Below are positions 7,958-9,739 of a stretch of DNA of 9,739 nucleotides, piece after piece. This DNA comes from Octopus sinensis. Its lineage: Eukaryota. Position numbers and translations under genes: made by a program. The DNA is taken from contig NW_021827757.1 in assembly GCF_006345805.1 (NCBI RefSeq), forward strand, positions 1-9,739, given 5' to 3'. The notes under the pieces were generated by a model. The model made no database searches. It was not told the DNA's origin and was given only the letters and a program-made list of their open reading frames with translations. Position 1 is the first letter of the stretch; every line of letters starts with the position of its first letter.

Positions 7958-8149
7958 GTTTATTAGACCCGCCACGTGTAGTCAGGTGTCAAACGACTTG
8001 TTTTAGCACAGCTGTCAAACGAAACACAATAGCTGAGGGTGTTGAAAAAGATTCCAGTATGTTTAATTCCTTTTGCTTTTTCTTTTATTTAAGAAAACAG
8101 CAGTCGAAGAGGTGCGGGGAAATGATCACAAAACATGAACAAATAAAAT

Positions 8150-8363
8150 CTATATACATACATGCGTACATATCTACACACACAGACACGCACATGTATA
8201 TATAAAACGTACATATATATGAATATCTGTATGTTTATATAATATGAGAAACACATACACATATATGTAACATTGATATATACATATTAATATATATAAT
8301 TTACACATATCTATAATACACATCTATCTATCTATCTATCTATCTATCTACTCTATCTATCTA

Positions 8364-8407
<44 letters not shown>

Positions 8408-8532
8408 GATATTATATATATATATACATATATTATATGTGACATATGTGTTGATATATATATATATATGATGTGTGCGTATGTGTGGTGTGCGTGTGTG
8501 TGTGTGTGTATGCTCATAAATCTGACCCAATG

Positions 8533-8583
<51 letters not shown>

Positions 8584-8730
8584 CATATGTATACATGTGC
8601 GTTATAGGTACACACAGTACAAACACACACACACTCTCCCACTTTAGATATTTGTAGAGAGAAAGAGAGAGAAAAAGAGAGAGCCAGAGAGAGAGAGAGA
8701 GAAGAGAGAGAGAGAAGGAGAGAAAGAGAG
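8150..8730. repeat. Compound microsatellite region: TA-rich, (TCTA)n, (CT)n, (TA)n, (TG)n, (CA)n, (GA)n
   Basis: Direct reading: (TCTA)n ~8324-8369, (CT)n ~8370-8394, (TG)n ~8473-8509, (GA)n ~8657-8730. Confidence 0.95.
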
Positions 8731-8913
8731 TTATATTTAAGTTTTTTTTTCGTGTTTATTTGTTGTTTGAACTTCAACTTTGAAGAAAACCCAAGTTCCT
8801 TAAATTTCTCCATTTTTCTTGTAAACAAGAAAGAATGGTTTTGTGGTTTTTCTTTGGTTTTTTCTCTCATTTCTTCTTTATTCCTTATACTTCTGCCGAA
8901 GTAGGCTTTTTTA

Positions 8914-8919
8914 CACACA

Positions 8920-8969
<50 letters not shown>

Positions 8970-9103
8970 TACACACACATACGCACACGCACACACGCAC
9001 CAAGACAGACATATTCACGTAGACACACACACAGTCTCTCTCTTTCTAGCTCGCGTACGCACACACACGCACGTACAGACACAGAGACACATACACATAT
9101 TCT

Positions 9104-9165
<62 letters not shown>

Positions 9166-9166
9166 C
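8914..9166. repeat. (CA)n and (CT)n compound microsatellite
   Basis: Direct reading: (CA)n ~8914-9075 and (CT)n ~9102-9153. Confidence 0.95.
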
Positions 9167-9315
9167 AAACAATTCTTGCATCAACAATTTATAGAAAATC
9201 TTCAGGGAAAAATTTACTCACGTTAAACAAGTTCTTATAATTGGTGTCAACTCTATAACCTGCTTCTAGAGACAAATATTATTTACAGCTGTTTCGTTAA
9301 CACCAATCTTTGTTG

Positions 9316-9381
9316 TTATTGCTGTTGTTGTTGAGGATCTGTTTTGCAGCGAATTCTGGCAGTTGTTGTTGTTGTTGTTAT
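9316..9381. repeat. Short (GTT)n tracts
   Basis: Direct reading. Confidence 0.8.
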
Positions 9382-9564
9382 TTTATTGGTTTCGTTAACA
9401 TTTTTTTAAAAACAAAAATTATTTGTTTTTATCTTTTCTCTTTGTTTTTTTCTTTTAGCAGGTGAACGTTCGTCACGTGACTTTGCTACATTTAACAGCT
9501 TAGTCTTCATCAAATAGACAAAACTTCGTTCCCAGTTCATCCACCTTTCCCCCTTCACATGCTT

Positions 9565-9739
9565 ACCTTCCTCCTCCTCCTCCTTCTCCTTCTCTTCTCA
9601 TAATCATCACCATCATCATTGTCATCGTAGTTATCATCGTCATTGTCGTCACATTTCTCCTCTCCTCTTACCTCCTCCCCTTTTACCTTCCCCTCTTCTG
9701 TTTACTTTCCTTCTACCTCCTCCCTTTCCACCTCCTCCC
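9565..9739. repeat. Pyrimidine-rich low-complexity region, (CCT)n and (CAT)n
   Basis: Direct reading. Confidence 0.85.

Noticed and set aside
7415-8996. ORFs 7415-7712, 7807-8205, 8365-8632 and 8514-8996
   Set aside because: Dominated by microsatellite or SINE sequence.

Overview
AT-rich, extremely microsatellite-dense eukaryotic DNA, apparently intronic or intergenic. The interspersed repeats match SINE-like families I recall from octopus (coleoid cephalopod) genomes; this is recollection, not a database result. No protein-coding gene can be called with confidence, and most supplied ORFs are translations of microsatellites. Contents in order: compound microsatellites; a 5'-truncated minus-strand SINE fused to a 22-copy 26-bp minisatellite; a decayed R4/Dong-like retrotransposon fragment; a 70-bp inverted repeat pair (52 bp perfect); a head-to-head inverted duplication of an element with a partial tRNA-like head, an (AAT)n tract and a minimal Penelope-type hammerhead ribozyme motif; a single-copy-looking stretch with three clustered CACGTG E-boxes and two TTAYGTAA D-boxes; and a chain of SINE, ~565-bp element and SINE joined by (ATT)n tracts. 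The hammerhead-bearing inverted element at 4480-4971 is the most interesting structure.
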